This document shows, piece by piece, positions 19,376-30,270 of a stretch of 64,000 nucleotides of DNA. The stretch spans positions 32,595 to 96,594 of the forward strand of contig SKOR01000037.1 of NCBI GenBank assembly GCA_007119965.1. Reading direction: 5' to 3'. Each line of letters starts with the position of its first letter. Position 1 is the first letter of the stretch. The position numbers and the translations under genes are program-made. This DNA is from Syntrophomonadaceae bacterium (lineage in GTDB: Bacteria; Bacillota; Dethiobacteria; DTU022). Under the pieces are notes generated by a model. It saw only the letters and a program-made list of their open reading frames with translations, was not told the DNA's origin and searched no databases.

Positions 19376-21076
19376 CTACCTGTTCTCTTTGCTGTCGGTC
19401 GACACATCGATTACAATCGGCATGATCATCGGGCGGCGGCCTGTATTGGCATAAAAGAATGTAGAAGCCGCATCCCTGACCCGCGATTTGATCTTATTCC
19501 ACTCCTGCAGCTGTTCGCTGTTTATTTTATCAACCGCCTTTGAAAGTTCCACTTTAGCTTCTTCCAGCAGGTCTATCGATTCCCGCACGTAAACGAAACC
19601 GCGGGTGATAATCTCGGGCCCGGCCAATACCCTGCTTTTGCCCTGGTCTACGGCTAAAACGATAATCACTATACCGTCTTCCGAAAGGACCTGCCGGTCG
19701 CGGATCACAACTTCACCCACATCTCCGACTCCAAAACCATCGACCAGGACCCTTCCGGCCGAAACCGAGCCGTTCATACGTCCCTCGCCATCAGAAAACT
19801 CCATCAGGCTGCCGGTCTTTGCCATGAAAACATTGCTTTCTTCAATCCCGAGTTTCTGGGCAATCTTGGAGCAAAAGGCCTGCTGGCGGTATTCCCCGTG
19901 AACGGGCAAAACATACTGCGGCTTGAGCAGGTTAAGCATCATCTTGATTTCTTCCTCACTGCCGTGCCCGGAAACATGCACGCCTGAAATCGGGCCGTAG
20001 ATAACCTCCGCCTTGAGGTGGAAGAGGTTGTTGATCGTCTTCGACACCAGTTTCTCGTTGCCCGGGATCGGGTTGGCGGCAATAATAACCGTGTCACCTT
20101 CGTAAATCGCTACCTGGCGGTGTTCCGACTGGGATATCCTGGTCAGAGCCGACATCGGTTCGCCCTGGCTGCCGGTTGTTATCAGGGCCAGCTTTTCAGG
20201 GGGCACATGTTTGATTTTATCGAGATCGATAAGAATCCCTTTCGGGATATTCAGGTAACCAAGTTGAGTCGAAATATCTACAGTGTTGACCAGGCTGCGC
20301 CCGGCAATGGCCACTTTACGGTCATAGCGAATCGCAGCATCGACTACCTGCTGGATGCGGTGGATGTTAGATGCAAATGTGGCCAGTATAATCCTGCTGC
20401 GCGAAAGGCGGAATATTTCATTGATGCTTTCGCCTACTTCTTTTTCGGACAGGGTATACCCGGGGCGATCGGCATTTGTCGAGTCAATCAGGGCGGCCAA
20501 AACCCCCTTGCGGCCCAGTTCGGCCAGCTTATAGTAATCAGTTACCCTGCCGTCGACAGGAGTCTGATCAAACTTGGAGTCACTGGTGTAAACGATGACG
20601 CCCTCCGGTGTTTCCACGGCGATCCCCACTGAATCGGGGATACTGTGGTTTGTCCTGAAAAAGTCCAGCTTGAAGTTTTCGGAGAGGACTAATCTCTCAT
20701 CGGGGTTGATTTCATTGAGATTAATTTTCTTTTTCGGGTGTTCCCTGAATTTGGCTTCGACTATGCCGAGGGTCAGCCTGGTCCCGTAAACAGGGGCGTT
20801 GATATCCTCTATAATATACGGCAGGGCCCCGATATGATCCTCGTGGCCGTGGGTTAATATAATCCCCAGGATGTTAATATTCTGATCCATCAGGTAAGAT
20901 ATATCGGGGATCACGATATCCACGCCGAGCATCGCTTCGTCAGGAAATTTCAGGCCTGCATCCATGATGATGCACTCCTGGCCGTACTTTAGCACAAACA
21001 TGTTTTTCCCTATTTCACCGACTCCGCCAAGCGGAATCAGCTGTAACGTTTTGCTTTTTCTATTTCTTCTGGACAA
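19376..21076 (-). CDS. rnj: Ribonuclease J (metallo-beta-lactamase/beta-CASP)
   Basis: HGHEDHIG motif, beta-CASP and C-terminal domain. The start is TTG (MSRRNRK...) with a GGAGGT SD. Confidence 0.9.
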   Translation of the reverse strand: MSRRNRKSKTLQLIPLGGVGEIGKNMFVLKYGQECIIMDAGLKFPDEAMLGVDIVIPDISYLMDQNINILGIILTHGHEDHIGALPYIIEDINAPVYGTRLTLGIVEAKFREHPKKKINLNEINPDERLVLSENFKLDFFRTNHSIPDSVGIAVETPEGVIVYTSDSKFDQTPVDGRVTDYYKLAELGRKGVLAALIDSTNADRPGYTLSEKEVGESINEIFRLSRSRIILATFASNIHRIQQVVDAAIRYDRKVAIAGRSLVNTVDISTQLGYLNIPKGILIDLDKIKHVPPEKLALITTGSQGEPMSALTRISQSEHRQVAIYEGDTVIIAANPIPGNEKLVSKTINNLFHLKAEVIYGPISGVHVSGHGSEEEIKMMLNLLKPQYVLPVHGEYRQQAFCSKIAQKLGIEESNVFMAKTGSLMEFSDGEGRMNGSVSAGRVLVDGFGVGDVGEVVIRDRQVLSEDGIVIIVLAVDQGKSRVLAGPEIITRGFVYVRESIDLLEEAKVELSKAVDKINSEQLQEWNKIKSRVRDAASTFFYANTGRRPMIMPIVIDVSTDSKENR

Positions 21077-21472
21077 AACAAACCTCCATCTATTTCGCGG
21101 GTATTAAGCAGTCTTGATTGTGCGTGCATAACACCCTAAAGTGTCCTTTCCCGCTTTTTAACATCTCTGCAGGAAAGCATAGCTGCAGTATTTTTCCGCC
21201 GTTATTTTTCGGAACAGGGCGTCCCGCAGTAACCGGTCCGGACCCTGCTGCTCAAACTAGGGCAGGTGCATACTGCCTGTCAAATTAACTGTCAGTTTAC
21301 CATTCGGCAGACATCTAATCTTTCGAGCAGGTTTTCAGCAAATCTGCTTCGCCCTGGCGGATTTGCCCGGTTAACCTGCCGATCGCCGGGACCCTTTTTA
21401 AAGAAATGTTCAGGGATCCCTCTCACGTGTTTCAGCTTCTTTTTCCGTCTTCTCCCCCCTCACCCTGGCGCT

Positions 21473-21925
21473 TTAACCTGTATGTCCGAAACCCCCGCCG
21501 CTGCGTCCGGTCGGAGGCAGTTCTTCCATTTCTTCTAAAACGGCCTGCGGGACAGGGCACAAGACCATCTGGGCAATCCTGTCTTTCCTGTGCACCGTAA
21601 ACGGTTCCGGCCCCAGGTTGATCATGATCACTTTGATTTCGCCGCGATAATCGGAATCGATCGTACCGGGTGAATTAAGGATACCGATCCCCTTTTTTGC
21701 CGCCAGCCCGCTGCGCGGCCTGATCTGCAGTTCGTAGCCTGCAGGGACAGCCACCATGATGCCTGCCGGTATCAGGGCTACCTCTCCGGGCTGGATCAGC
21801 GTATTTTCTGTAACCGCAGCGCACAGGTCCATCCCTGATGAACCATCAGTCATATAGCGGGGCACAGGAATATCTTCAGTGTGAGCGGCCTTCTTAAAAG
21901 GCAGGTTCACTCTTTCCGGGGGCAC
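21473..21925 (-). CDS. dut: dUTP diphosphatase
   Basis: dUTPase motifs GSSGMDL, RPRSGL, GTIDSDYRGE. Confidence 0.85.
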   Translation of the reverse strand: MPPERVNLPFKKAAHTEDIPVPRYMTDGSSGMDLCAAVTENTLIQPGEVALIPAGIMVAVPAGYELQIRPRSGLAAKKGIGILNSPGTIDSDYRGEIKVIMINLGPEPFTVHRKDRIAQMVLCPVPQAVLEEMEELPPTGRSGGGFGHTG

Positions 21926-22080
21926 AGTTTATCCTCTCCAATCAGCGCTAATCTTAAAACAAGGGAACCTGCCCGGCTAACCTGCAGGCCTCCGGCAGCT
22001 GTAAGCGAAGCAGCTGTTTCCAGTTGAAAGAAGATCCGGATCACTTTAGAGAGGCAATCCAGATGCGGGCGCTTTTAGTA

Positions 22081-22106
22081 AAAAACCCTACCGGGTAGGG
22101 TTTTTT
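22081..22106 (-). terminator. Rho-independent (bidirectional-looking) terminator downstream of pnp
   Basis: GC hairpin CCCTA-CCGGG-TAGGG flanked by A5 and T6. Confidence 0.55.
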
Positions 22107-22121
22107 ACCTTACAGTTTGTT

Positions 22122-24233
22122 TTAGCGGTTCCTTGAACTCCCGCCGCCTCCGCCGGAAGGTCTCTCCAAGAGGGCTTTCCGGGAGAGGTTGATCCGTCCT
22201 TTTTCATCTATATCGAGGACTTTAACTTCGATCTTATCTCCAAGCTTAACAACATCTTCGGTTTTTTCCACACGGGCGTGGTCCAGGTGTGATATGTGCA
22301 GCAGGCCCTCTTTACCGGGGAGCACCTCTACAAAAGCGCCGTAGCGTTCAACCCTGGTTACCTTGCCGGTATAAATCTCACCGGCTTCAACATCCTTGAC
22401 CAGCGCTTCAATCATTTCCCGGGCTTTCCTTCCGCCTTCAGGGTCGACGGCGGCAATAAACACCCTGCCGTCAGGTTCAATATCAATACCGACACCGGTT
22501 TCAGCGATTATCTTGTTAATCATTCTGCCCCCGGGTCCGATTACATCCCTGATCTTATCGATTCCGATCTGCAGTTTGATCATGCGGGGTGCGTTTTCTG
22601 AAAGCTCCGGCCGCGCCTCGCTGATCGTTTCGTTCATGATCCCCAGGATATGTTTATACCCTTTATCGGCTTCGTCAATAGCGTCCTTCAGAATCTCACC
22701 CGAGATACCCTTGATCTTGATATCCATCTGGATGGCGGTAATCCCTTCTTCAGTGCCGGCAATCTTGAAGTCCATGTCGCCCAGGAAGTCTTCTACACCC
22801 TGGATATCGGACAGGATAACAACATGGTCGCCTTCTTTAATCAGGCCCATCGCTATTCCCGAAACCCCTCTTTTCAGGGGGACCCCGGTATCCATCATCG
22901 CCAGCGAACCGGCACATACCGAACCCATTGAAGTCGATCCGTTTGATTCGAGCACCTCAGAAACCAGGCGCAGGGTATAGGGGAAGTCATCTTCGGAAGG
23001 GATGACCGGAAGCAGGGCCTTTTCAGCCAAAGCGCCGTGGCCGATTTCTCTTCGCCCGGGGCCGCGCATGAAACCTGCCTCGCCAACGCTGTACGGCGGG
23101 AAATTATAATGGTGCATAAACCGCTTCGACTCTTCAAGGCCGATTCCGTCGAGCATCTGCATATCCCGCAGGGCGGAAAGGGTGCAGATATTGAGAACCT
23201 GGGTCTGGCCGCGGGTAAAGATGGCAGAACCATGCGTCCGGGGCAGTGCAGATACCTCACAGCTGATTGGCCGTATTTCCCGGGGGCTGCGCCCATCCGG
23301 CCGCAAGCCGTCATTGACGATCGTCTTGCGCAGGGTATCTTTAAGCGTATTTTCAAAGATTTTGCCCAATTCAGCTTCATTATCGGGGTACTGATTCAGG
23401 AAATTTTCGATGACTTCCTGCTTAACTTCGGCCAGCTTATCTTCGCGCTCCTGTTTTTCGGAAATTTTCAGGGCCGCAGAAACACCCTCTCTTATGGCCG
23501 GTTCCACAGCATTAACTATTTCCTGCGGCAGTTCTACCTGGTCGACGACCATTTTTTCACAGCCCGCATCAGCGACCATTTGCTCCTGCAAGGCGATCAT
23601 TTCCCTGACCTGCTCATGCCCGGCCTGGATCGACCTGAGAACTTCTTCTTTGCTGATCTCATCTGCGCCGGCCTCTACCATCATAACTGCATCTTTCGAA
23701 CCGGCCAGCATCAGGTGCAGGCTGCTTTTTTCTGCCTGTTCCTGGGAAGGGCTGACTACCGGCTCACCGTCAATCAAACCGACGACTGCTGCGGCAATCG
23801 GACCTTCAAAAGGTATTTTAGATATGGAGAGCGCCGCCGATGCGCCGGTAATCGCCAGCGGTTCGGGGGGGCAATCCTGATCCATGGAGAGTACGGTAGC
23901 TACAACGTGGACTGAATTCCGAAAACCCTTGGGGAATAGAGGGCGCACTGAGCGGTCTGTCAGGCGGCAGCCCAGGATTGCTCTTTCTGTCGGGCGCCCC
24001 TCCCGCTTGATGAACCCGCCGGGAATCCGGCCCACGGCGTACAGTCTTTCTTCATAATCTACCGTTAAGGGCAGAAAGTCTACATTATCCCGCGGTTGGT
24101 CTGACGCGGTAGCGGTAACCAGGACCACTGTATCCCCATGACGCAGTAAAACAGCCCCGCTTGCCTGTTTGGCCAGGCGCCCTGTCTCCATAGTCAAAGT
24201 TTTTCCTTGCAATTCCATCGTGTATGAATGCAT
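22122..24233 (-). CDS. pnp: Polynucleotide phosphorylase
   Basis: Two RNase PH domains plus KH (GPGGRMINKI) and S1 domains. Size 703 aa. Confidence 0.95.
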   Translation of the reverse strand: MHSYTMELQGKTLTMETGRLAKQASGAVLLRHGDTVVLVTATASDQPRDNVDFLPLTVDYEERLYAVGRIPGGFIKREGRPTERAILGCRLTDRSVRPLFPKGFRNSVHVVATVLSMDQDCPPEPLAITGASAALSISKIPFEGPIAAAVVGLIDGEPVVSPSQEQAEKSSLHLMLAGSKDAVMMVEAGADEISKEEVLRSIQAGHEQVREMIALQEQMVADAGCEKMVVDQVELPQEIVNAVEPAIREGVSAALKISEKQEREDKLAEVKQEVIENFLNQYPDNEAELGKIFENTLKDTLRKTIVNDGLRPDGRSPREIRPISCEVSALPRTHGSAIFTRGQTQVLNICTLSALRDMQMLDGIGLEESKRFMHHYNFPPYSVGEAGFMRGPGRREIGHGALAEKALLPVIPSEDDFPYTLRLVSEVLESNGSTSMGSVCAGSLAMMDTGVPLKRGVSGIAMGLIKEGDHVVILSDIQGVEDFLGDMDFKIAGTEEGITAIQMDIKIKGISGEILKDAIDEADKGYKHILGIMNETISEARPELSENAPRMIKLQIGIDKIRDVIGPGGRMINKIIAETGVGIDIEPDGRVFIAAVDPEGGRKAREMIEALVKDVEAGEIYTGKVTRVERYGAFVEVLPGKEGLLHISHLDHARVEKTEDVVKLGDKIEVKVLDIDEKGRINLSRKALLERPSGGGGGSSRNR

Positions 24234-24297
24234 TTACTGTTAACTCCTCTCGACTTCTTCTCTGAATCTGCATTAAACTAAACCATATACTAACCGT

Positions 24298-24323
24298 AAG
24301 CACGGGGGCAGGCCCCCGTGCTT
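24298..24323 (-). promoter_or_regulatory. Stable GC-rich stem-loop in the rpsO-pnp intergenic region with no U tract (candidate pnp leader/processing hairpin)
   Basis: AAGCACGGGG-GCAGGC-CCCCGUGCUU. Confidence 0.35.
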
Positions 24324-24335
24324 ATTTAGAATCCC

Positions 24336-24602
24336 TTACTTCCTCAGGCCAAGCTTGCCCAATAGAGCCTGGTACCGCTCGGGTGACCGGTCGCGCAGGT
24401 AATTCAGCAATCCCCTTCTGCGCCCGACCATTTTCAGTAACCCGCGCTGGGAATGGTAATCTTTTTTGTGGACTTTTAAATGCTCGGTGAGGTAATTGAT
24501 TCGCGCCGTCAGCAGTGCAATCTGCACTTCAGGTGAACCGGTATCGCCCTCGTGCCTTTTGTGGAGATCAATAATCCCCTGCTTACTATCCTGGTCAAAC
24601 AT
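24336..24602 (-). CDS. rpsO: 30S ribosomal protein S15
   Basis: 88-aa protein with conserved S15 sequence ([25 protein letters not shown]). Confidence 0.95.
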   Translation of the reverse strand: MFDQDSKQGIIDLHKRHEGDTGSPEVQIALLTARINYLTEHLKVHKKDYHSQRGLLKMVGRRRGLLNYLRDRSPERYQALLGKLGLRK

Positions 24603-24689
24603 AATAATTCATACTCCTCCCATTATTTTAATCGCCGCCGGCCAAGCACCACGTCGGGATGTCTCGTCAGGCCTAGCCTGCGGTTCAAA

Positions 24690-25685
24690 CTAGTGTGATT
24701 TTAGCACAGAACAACCGGCTTGTAAAGATTGCCCTTTGCCGTTTTTTTCCTGCCTGAAAGTCTTGATCAGTTCGCGGCTTTTTTCGATATCCCTTTTTAT
24801 CTGTTCCTTCAATTCAAGCGATGAATCAAAAGTCCGGGTATCGCGCAGCTTTTCCAGAAAACAGAGCCGGATTTCCCGGTTATAGATTGTATCGTTAAAA
24901 TCCAGAATATGGGTCTCTACAGCGGTATCGTGGTGGTCAAAGGTCGGCCTGGATCCGACGTTTGTCACCCCGTAGAGCAGGCCTCCGTTCAGTTTGCCGA
25001 CAGCGGTAAGGTAAACGCCCTTCCCGGGCCACAACAGGCGGGGGTTGGCAGCAATATTTGCCGTCGGGTAAACCATCTTTTTCCCGATGCCGTAACCCCT
25101 GATTACCCGGCCCTGGCGGAAAAAATAGTAGCGTAATAATTCGGCAGCCCTGTTAACGCTGCCGCTCAGAAGCAGGGACCTGATAATTGAACTGCTCACA
25201 TCTTTTTCACCGTGCTTCAGCATTGAGCTTACCTCAACGCTGAAACCAAGCTCTTCCCCCCAGTAGCGCAGGGTGTCGGAGCTGCCGGCTCCCTGCCGGC
25301 CAAACGAGTAATCCATGCCGACAAACACCCCGCTGACACCCAGCTTTTCGATGAGGATCCGGCGGACAAACTGCTCTGGCGACAGGGACGATATCCGGGA
25401 ACTGAAAGGCTGGACGATCATGTAATCGAGATCAAGTTCGGCCATTATTTCAGCGCGATCGGCAATATCAGTCAGCAGGGCCATCGGGTGCTCGGGGCGA
25501 AGGGCAATCAGCGGGTGTGGATCAAATATCAGTGCAGCGCTGGAACCGTTATCGCGGCGGGCCCGCTCAACAACCTTTTTAATAATTTCCTGATGACCGC
25601 GGTGAACCCCGTCAAAATTACCGAGAGCCAGGTATAACGGACGGGTCCTTTCAGGGAGCCGTTCAGCGCCATTAATTAGTTCCAT
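24690..25685 (-). CDS. ribF: Bifunctional riboflavin kinase/FMN adenylyltransferase
   Basis: N-terminal LALGNFDGVHRGHQ nucleotidyltransferase motif and a C-terminal flavokinase domain. Confidence 0.9.
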   Translation of the reverse strand: MELINGAERLPERTRPLYLALGNFDGVHRGHQEIIKKVVERARRDNGSSAALIFDPHPLIALRPEHPMALLTDIADRAEIMAELDLDYMIVQPFSSRISSLSPEQFVRRILIEKLGVSGVFVGMDYSFGRQGAGSSDTLRYWGEELGFSVEVSSMLKHGEKDVSSSIIRSLLLSGSVNRAAELLRYYFFRQGRVIRGYGIGKKMVYPTANIAANPRLLWPGKGVYLTAVGKLNGGLLYGVTNVGSRPTFDHHDTAVETHILDFNDTIYNREIRLCFLEKLRDTRTFDSSLELKEQIKRDIEKSRELIKTFRQEKNGKGQSLQAGCSVLKSH

Positions 25686-25798
25686 AGTCCAAACACCTTT
25701 CGCAATTAGGAATCGGTAACCGGGATCCGGAGGCCGGAATGTTTACATTTCGAAAGTTACCAGGGTCTGGCCGGATCCTTTAAGTAAGCGACCCATTA

Positions 25799-26719
25799 TT
25801 ACCTCTCCTGCATGATATATTTTAACGTTTTCAGCCCGGGCTCTCCACCCTGATCAATTTTTGAAACAAGGGCTTTAAAATTACCCTGCCTGTCATAAAC
25901 CCGGACCGGGGCGCTTTCTTCGATATCCCGGAGCAGTGACCGGTCGTCAGGCTTCAGAATCAATCCGTTTCTTAATGCTTCGAGCTGCTCATCTTTCAGG
26001 CTGATCCGGCGCAGATGTTGCACTGCCGTATCCATGGGCAGAACTATTTCCCCGGCCCTGCCAAGCTCAGCCATTTCCGCGGCCTGTTCGGGAGTCAGCG
26101 CGTTATCCAGGCGGTACGGGCCGACGGCAGTCCTGACCAGTGCAGACAGGTATGCGCCGCAGCCGATTTCCTCACCTATATCGGCGGCCAGGGTCCGGAT
26201 ATAGGTGCCGCTCGAACAGCGGACCTCTATAACCAGGTGGGGTTCCTGTTCAAAATTAAGCTGCAGCAGGTTAATTTCAAATATTGTAGCCGTCCTTAGC
26301 CGGCGGGGTACCTCCCTGCCCTTCCTGGTCCAGTGATAAAGCGGTTTTCCCTCGTGCTTTACAGCTGAGTAAAAGGGGGGCAGTTGTTCGATCTCCCCTT
26401 TAAATTTCAAGAGCACCTCTTCAATGCGGCCGTGTTCAAGGCTGGGAACTGCCCCTGTTTCAGATATCCGGCCTTCCGCGTCGCCGGTATCGCTGGTCTT
26501 GCCGAGGGTAATTTCTGCCCGGTAAGTCTTCGGCAACTGCACGACATATTCGGCCAGGCGGGTGGCCCGCCCCAAACAAACCGGCAGAACGCCGGTTGCC
26601 AGTGGATCAAGGGTGCCGGTATGTCCTGCCTTTTGACCGGGAAAGAGCCTGCAGATTAACTGCACGGCCCTGCTGGAAGTCATATCGATTGGTTTGTTGA
26701 CTACAATAATTCCATCCAC
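25799..26719 (-). CDS. truB: tRNA pseudouridine(55) synthase
   Basis: GIIVVNKP...GHTGTLDP catalytic Asp motif and a C-terminal PUA-like domain. Confidence 0.9.
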   Translation of the reverse strand: MDGIIVVNKPIDMTSSRAVQLICRLFPGQKAGHTGTLDPLATGVLPVCLGRATRLAEYVVQLPKTYRAEITLGKTSDTGDAEGRISETGAVPSLEHGRIEEVLLKFKGEIEQLPPFYSAVKHEGKPLYHWTRKGREVPRRLRTATIFEINLLQLNFEQEPHLVIEVRCSSGTYIRTLAADIGEEIGCGAYLSALVRTAVGPYRLDNALTPEQAAEMAELGRAGEIVLPMDTAVQHLRRISLKDEQLEALRNGLILKPDDRSLLRDIEESAPVRVYDRQGNFKALVSKIDQGGEPGLKTLKYIMQER

Positions 26720-26731
26720 TTAATTGCTCCC

Positions 26732-27709
26732 TCAGACTCCGGGTTCATTTAGCATCTTGCGGGACTCTCTTAAAACCCTCTCTTTGACCGTCTGGAAATC
26801 TCCCTGCAGGCGGCAGCCGGCAGCCCTGATGTGGCCCCCGCCGTTCAAATTTCCGGCCAGTTCGCTGACATCAAGCGTCTTGGAGCGGAAGCCTACTTTA
26901 ACTTCCTGTTCGCTTTCCACATAAAAAAGGATACCCAGCTCTACCCCTTCAATATTGCGGGTATAGTTGACTATACCTTCAAGGTCGTCGGTCGAAGCCC
27001 CGCTGCTCTCCCTCAGGTCCCTGCTCAGGGTCATTACGGCTATGCGGCGCCCTTCATACATTTCGAGTCCGGAAATAGCCACTTTCATCAACATGTAAAA
27101 TGACAGCGGGCGTTCATCAAAGATTCTCTGGGAAAGCGCCCCCGGGTTAAGGCCGGCCTCCAGGAGCGAGGCCACTACCCGGTGAGTATGCGGTGTTGTA
27201 TTTTCATACTTAAAAGAACCGGTATCTGTGGAAATCGCCACATAAAGCGATTCTGCGATACTCCTGTTCAGTTCAACCTGCAGCTCCTGCAATATCCCGT
27301 AAACAATTTCTCCCGTGGCCGCTGCGTTTGAATCAACATAATTCAGAGACCCAAACCGCTGATTGGTCACGTGATGATCCAGGTTAATGATCACCTTGCT
27401 CTTCAGGACTGCGTCTTTAAATATACCGAGGCGATCGGGATCGCTGCTGTCGAGCACAATCATGGTTATGTCCGGATCATTAACTAAAACTTCATGGACG
27501 ATCGATTCCGTCCCTTCCAGGAACCTGTACTTACCGGGAATGTATCCCGGGGCAAACAGCCTGACATCTTTTCCCATTTTTTGCAGCCCTTCCCCCATGG
27601 CCAGCAGGGATCCGATACTATCACCATCGGGCAGCATATGCGAGATCAGGTAAAACTTACTTTCTTTCTTCAGAATTTCAATTATTTTCGCTCGATCGGT
27701 CATGATCAT
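26732..27709 (-). CDS. nrnA: DHH/DHHA1 phosphoesterase (NrnA-like oligoribonuclease/pAp phosphatase)
   Basis: DHH motif (ISHMLPDGDSIGS) and DHHA1 GGGH motif. Confidence 0.75.
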   Translation of the reverse strand: MIMTDRAKIIEILKKESKFYLISHMLPDGDSIGSLLAMGEGLQKMGKDVRLFAPGYIPGKYRFLEGTESIVHEVLVNDPDITMIVLDSSDPDRLGIFKDAVLKSKVIINLDHHVTNQRFGSLNYVDSNAAATGEIVYGILQELQVELNRSIAESLYVAISTDTGSFKYENTTPHTHRVVASLLEAGLNPGALSQRIFDERPLSFYMLMKVAISGLEMYEGRRIAVMTLSRDLRESSGASTDDLEGIVNYTRNIEGVELGILFYVESEQEVKVGFRSKTLDVSELAGNLNGGGHIRAAGCRLQGDFQTVKERVLRESRKMLNEPGV

Positions 27710-28061
27710 TATTCTCTTCTTTTTTCAATGATTTTAGGACGCTCTCAATATAGGCCCCGTACTCTATGGAAGCATCCAGGTAGAAATTAAACTCGGGTAC
27801 ATACCTGAGCCTGATCCGCCGGCCGATTTCGCTGCGGATAAACCCTGAAGCCCTGACCAGGGTTTGCAGGGTTTCCTCTTTTTCGGAATCTGACCCGTAT
27901 ATGCTGACATAAACCGATGCGTAGCGTAAATCCCTGGTAAGCTCTACATCAGTAACGCTGGTTATTTCAGCAACGCGGGGATCTTTAAGCTCTGAGCCGA
28001 TTATCCGGCTTACGTCCTTTTTGATCTGCTCAGCGACCCGCCGTACTCTGTTTTCTGACAT
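27678..28061 (-). CDS. rbfA: Ribosome-binding factor A
   Basis: Conserved RbfA sequence (RVAEQIKKDVSRIIGSELKDPR). Confidence 0.9.
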   Translation of the reverse strand: MSENRVRRVAEQIKKDVSRIIGSELKDPRVAEITSVTDVELTRDLRYASVYVSIYGSDSEKEETLQTLVRASGFIRSEIGRRIRLRYVPEFNFYLDASIEYGAYIESVLKSLKKEENNDHDRSSENN

Positions 28062-28114
28062 GATAACACTCTCCTGTTACAAGGTTGATACGGCGTATGA
28101 TACAGCATAGTGTT

Positions 28115-30238
28115 TTATCGCGCAACCTGTTCCATGGCATAGGCTTCTATAATGTCCCCTTCACGGAGGTCATTATAGTTCTCCAGCAGTATGCCGCATT
28201 CGTAACCGGTCAGCACTTCACGGACGTCATCTTTAAACCGCTTCAGTGAGTCAATCTTCCCTGAATCAAGAACAACCGTCCCGTCTCTAATCACCCGGAT
28301 ACTGGCATTGCGGGTTATTTTCCCTTCAATTACATAAGAACCGGCAATGCTGCCCAGGCGGGACACCTTAAAGAGTTCCCTTACCTCAGCCTGGCCGAGG
28401 ATAACTTCTTTCATCACCGGCTTCAGCATTCCGGTTACAGCATTCTTGATATCTTCTATAGCTTCATAAATAATTCTGTAGAGCCTGATGTCGACACTGT
28501 CCTGTTCAGCAAGTTTACGGGCATTGGCATCAGGCCGGACATTGAAACCGATTACAATTGCATTGGAAGCAGACGCCAGCATAATATCCGACTCGTTTAT
28601 CGCGCCGACCCCTGTATGAATAATTTTAATCTGCACTTCTTCAAGGCTTAACTTAGAAAGGGCATCCTGCACAGCTTCAAGTGAACCCTGTACATCAGCT
28701 TTCAGGATCAGGTTTAAGTCTTTTACTTCTCCCTCCTGGATCTGTTTGAATAAATCGTCAAGGGTTACCCTCTGAATGCGCCTGCTTGCTTCTTTCAGCT
28801 TGAAGGCCCGTTTTTCAGCCACCTGCCTGGCCACCCGTTCATCAGCGACAACCTGGAAACGGTCTCCGGCCAGCGGAACATCATTGAGCCCCAGTATTTC
28901 AACCGGTGTTGAAGGGCCGGCCAGTTCAATTTTTTCGCCGCGGTCGTTATACATGGCCCTGACCTTGCCGGATATTGAACCGCAGATTAGCGATTCGCCA
29001 ACCCTGAGCGTCCCATCCTGGACCAGGAGGGTGGCAACAGGACCGCGGCCGCGATCGAGTTTTGCTTCGACCACCGAACCCCGGGCGGTGCGATCCGGGC
29101 AGGCTTTAAGCTCACCAACTTCGGACAACAACAGGATCATTTCCAACAGCTCTTCAATCCCGTCGCCCCTTATAGCGCTTACGGATACAAATATGGTATC
29201 CCCGCCCCATTCTTCGGAGACCAGGCCGTGCTCGGAGAGCTGCTGTTTAACCCGGTCCGGGTTGGCTTCGGGCTTGTCTATCTTGTTGACAGCAACCATA
29301 ATCGGCACCTGGGCCGCCTTAACGTGGTTGATAGCTTCAATGGTCTGGGGCATCACACCGTCATCGGCGGCAACTACCAGGACTGCGATATCGGTAACCT
29401 GGGCCCCCCTGGCGCGCATGGCGGTAAACGCCTCGTGGCCGGGCGTATCTAAAAAGACAATCTGTTTGTCGCTTACTTCTACCTGGTAAGCGCCGATATG
29501 CTGGGTAATCCCGCCGACTTCGCCGTCGGTAACCTTGGCGCTCCTGATTGAATCGAGCAGTGAAGTCTTACCGTGATCGACATGGCCGAGGACAGTAACC
29601 ACGGGTTTGCGCAGGACCTGGTACTGGTCTTCATCATCGCAAACGGCCAGGAGTTCTTCTTCTACAGGATCTTCAATATAATCTACTTCAAAACCGTACT
29701 CTTCGGCAAGCACTTCAACAGACTCCGGGGTTAGCGGCTGGTTAAGGCTGGCCATCACCCCTATGTCCATTAACTGTGTAATCAGCCGGGTGGCGGGCAC
29801 ATCAAAATGCCCTGCCAGTTCGGCGACCGTCACCTGTCCTTCAAGCCTGATCTTTGGTTTCTTGGCCTTAAGGGCGGCAGCTCTTTTTTCTTCCTGGATC
29901 GCTTTGCGGGCTTTGCGGCTCGGAGCCGCTTTTTCTTCTTCTTTGGGTTTATCCGTTTTCGGGGCGGCCTTGGCAGCGGGTTTCTCTTTTTCCGTCTTTT
30001 TCGACGGTTTTTTTCCGGCTTCCTTTTTTACCTCTTTTTTTGTCTCTTTGGGCGCCTCCGCAGGCGGTTTGCCTCCCGTTTGACCGGTCAAAATGGACAT
30101 GACCTTTTTAGCTTCATCGTCAGTCAGCGTACTCATATGGTTATTTACGCTTATATCCATACCTTCCATGACTTCGATCAGCTTTTTACTGGTCGTCCCT
30201 AATTCTTTTGCTAACTCGTAAACTCTAACCTTGCTCAT
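28115..30238 (-). CDS. infB: Translation initiation factor IF-2
   Basis: Lys/Glu/Ala-rich N-terminal region, GTPase G-domain ([25 protein letters not shown]) and beta-barrel domains. Confidence 0.95.
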   Translation of the reverse strand: MSKVRVYELAKELGTTSKKLIEVMEGMDISVNNHMSTLTDDEAKKVMSILTGQTGGKPPAEAPKETKKEVKKEAGKKPSKKTEKEKPAAKAAPKTDKPKEEEKAAPSRKARKAIQEEKRAAALKAKKPKIRLEGQVTVAELAGHFDVPATRLITQLMDIGVMASLNQPLTPESVEVLAEEYGFEVDYIEDPVEEELLAVCDDEDQYQVLRKPVVTVLGHVDHGKTSLLDSIRSAKVTDGEVGGITQHIGAYQVEVSDKQIVFLDTPGHEAFTAMRARGAQVTDIAVLVVAADDGVMPQTIEAINHVKAAQVPIMVAVNKIDKPEANPDRVKQQLSEHGLVSEEWGGDTIFVSVSAIRGDGIEELLEMILLLSEVGELKACPDRTARGSVVEAKLDRGRGPVATLLVQDGTLRVGESLICGSISGKVRAMYNDRGEKIELAGPSTPVEILGLNDVPLAGDRFQVVADERVARQVAEKRAFKLKEASRRIQRVTLDDLFKQIQEGEVKDLNLILKADVQGSLEAVQDALSKLSLEEVQIKIIHTGVGAINESDIMLASASNAIVIGFNVRPDANARKLAEQDSVDIRLYRIIYEAIEDIKNAVTGMLKPVMKEVILGQAEVRELFKVSRLGSIAGSYVIEGKITRNASIRVIRDGTVVLDSGKIDSLKRFKDDVREVLTGYECGILLENYNDLREGDIIEAYAMEQVAR

Positions 30239-30270
30239 TTAAAACACCTCCATAAGGTAAGCCCTCCCCG

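Noticed and set aside
23037-23915. 292-aa plus-strand ORF, with further nested ORFs at 22396-22980 and 23410-23880, inside pnp
   Set aside because: It is entirely antisense to a highly conserved PNPase coding region. Its Ser/Pro/Ala-rich low-complexity composition is typical of the mirror frame of GC-rich genes, and it has no SD.
21251-24680. 9-mer TCAAACTAG present both upstream of rnj (near 21251) and upstream of rpsO (near 24672)
   Set aside because: A single shared 9-mer in 64 kb is expected by chance, and the two sites share no extended motif.
28776-29489. 237-aa plus-strand ORF antisense to infB, and the 131-aa ORF at 29807-30202
   Set aside because: Antisense to IF-2 and Ser/Thr/Pro-rich. 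A shadow ORF.
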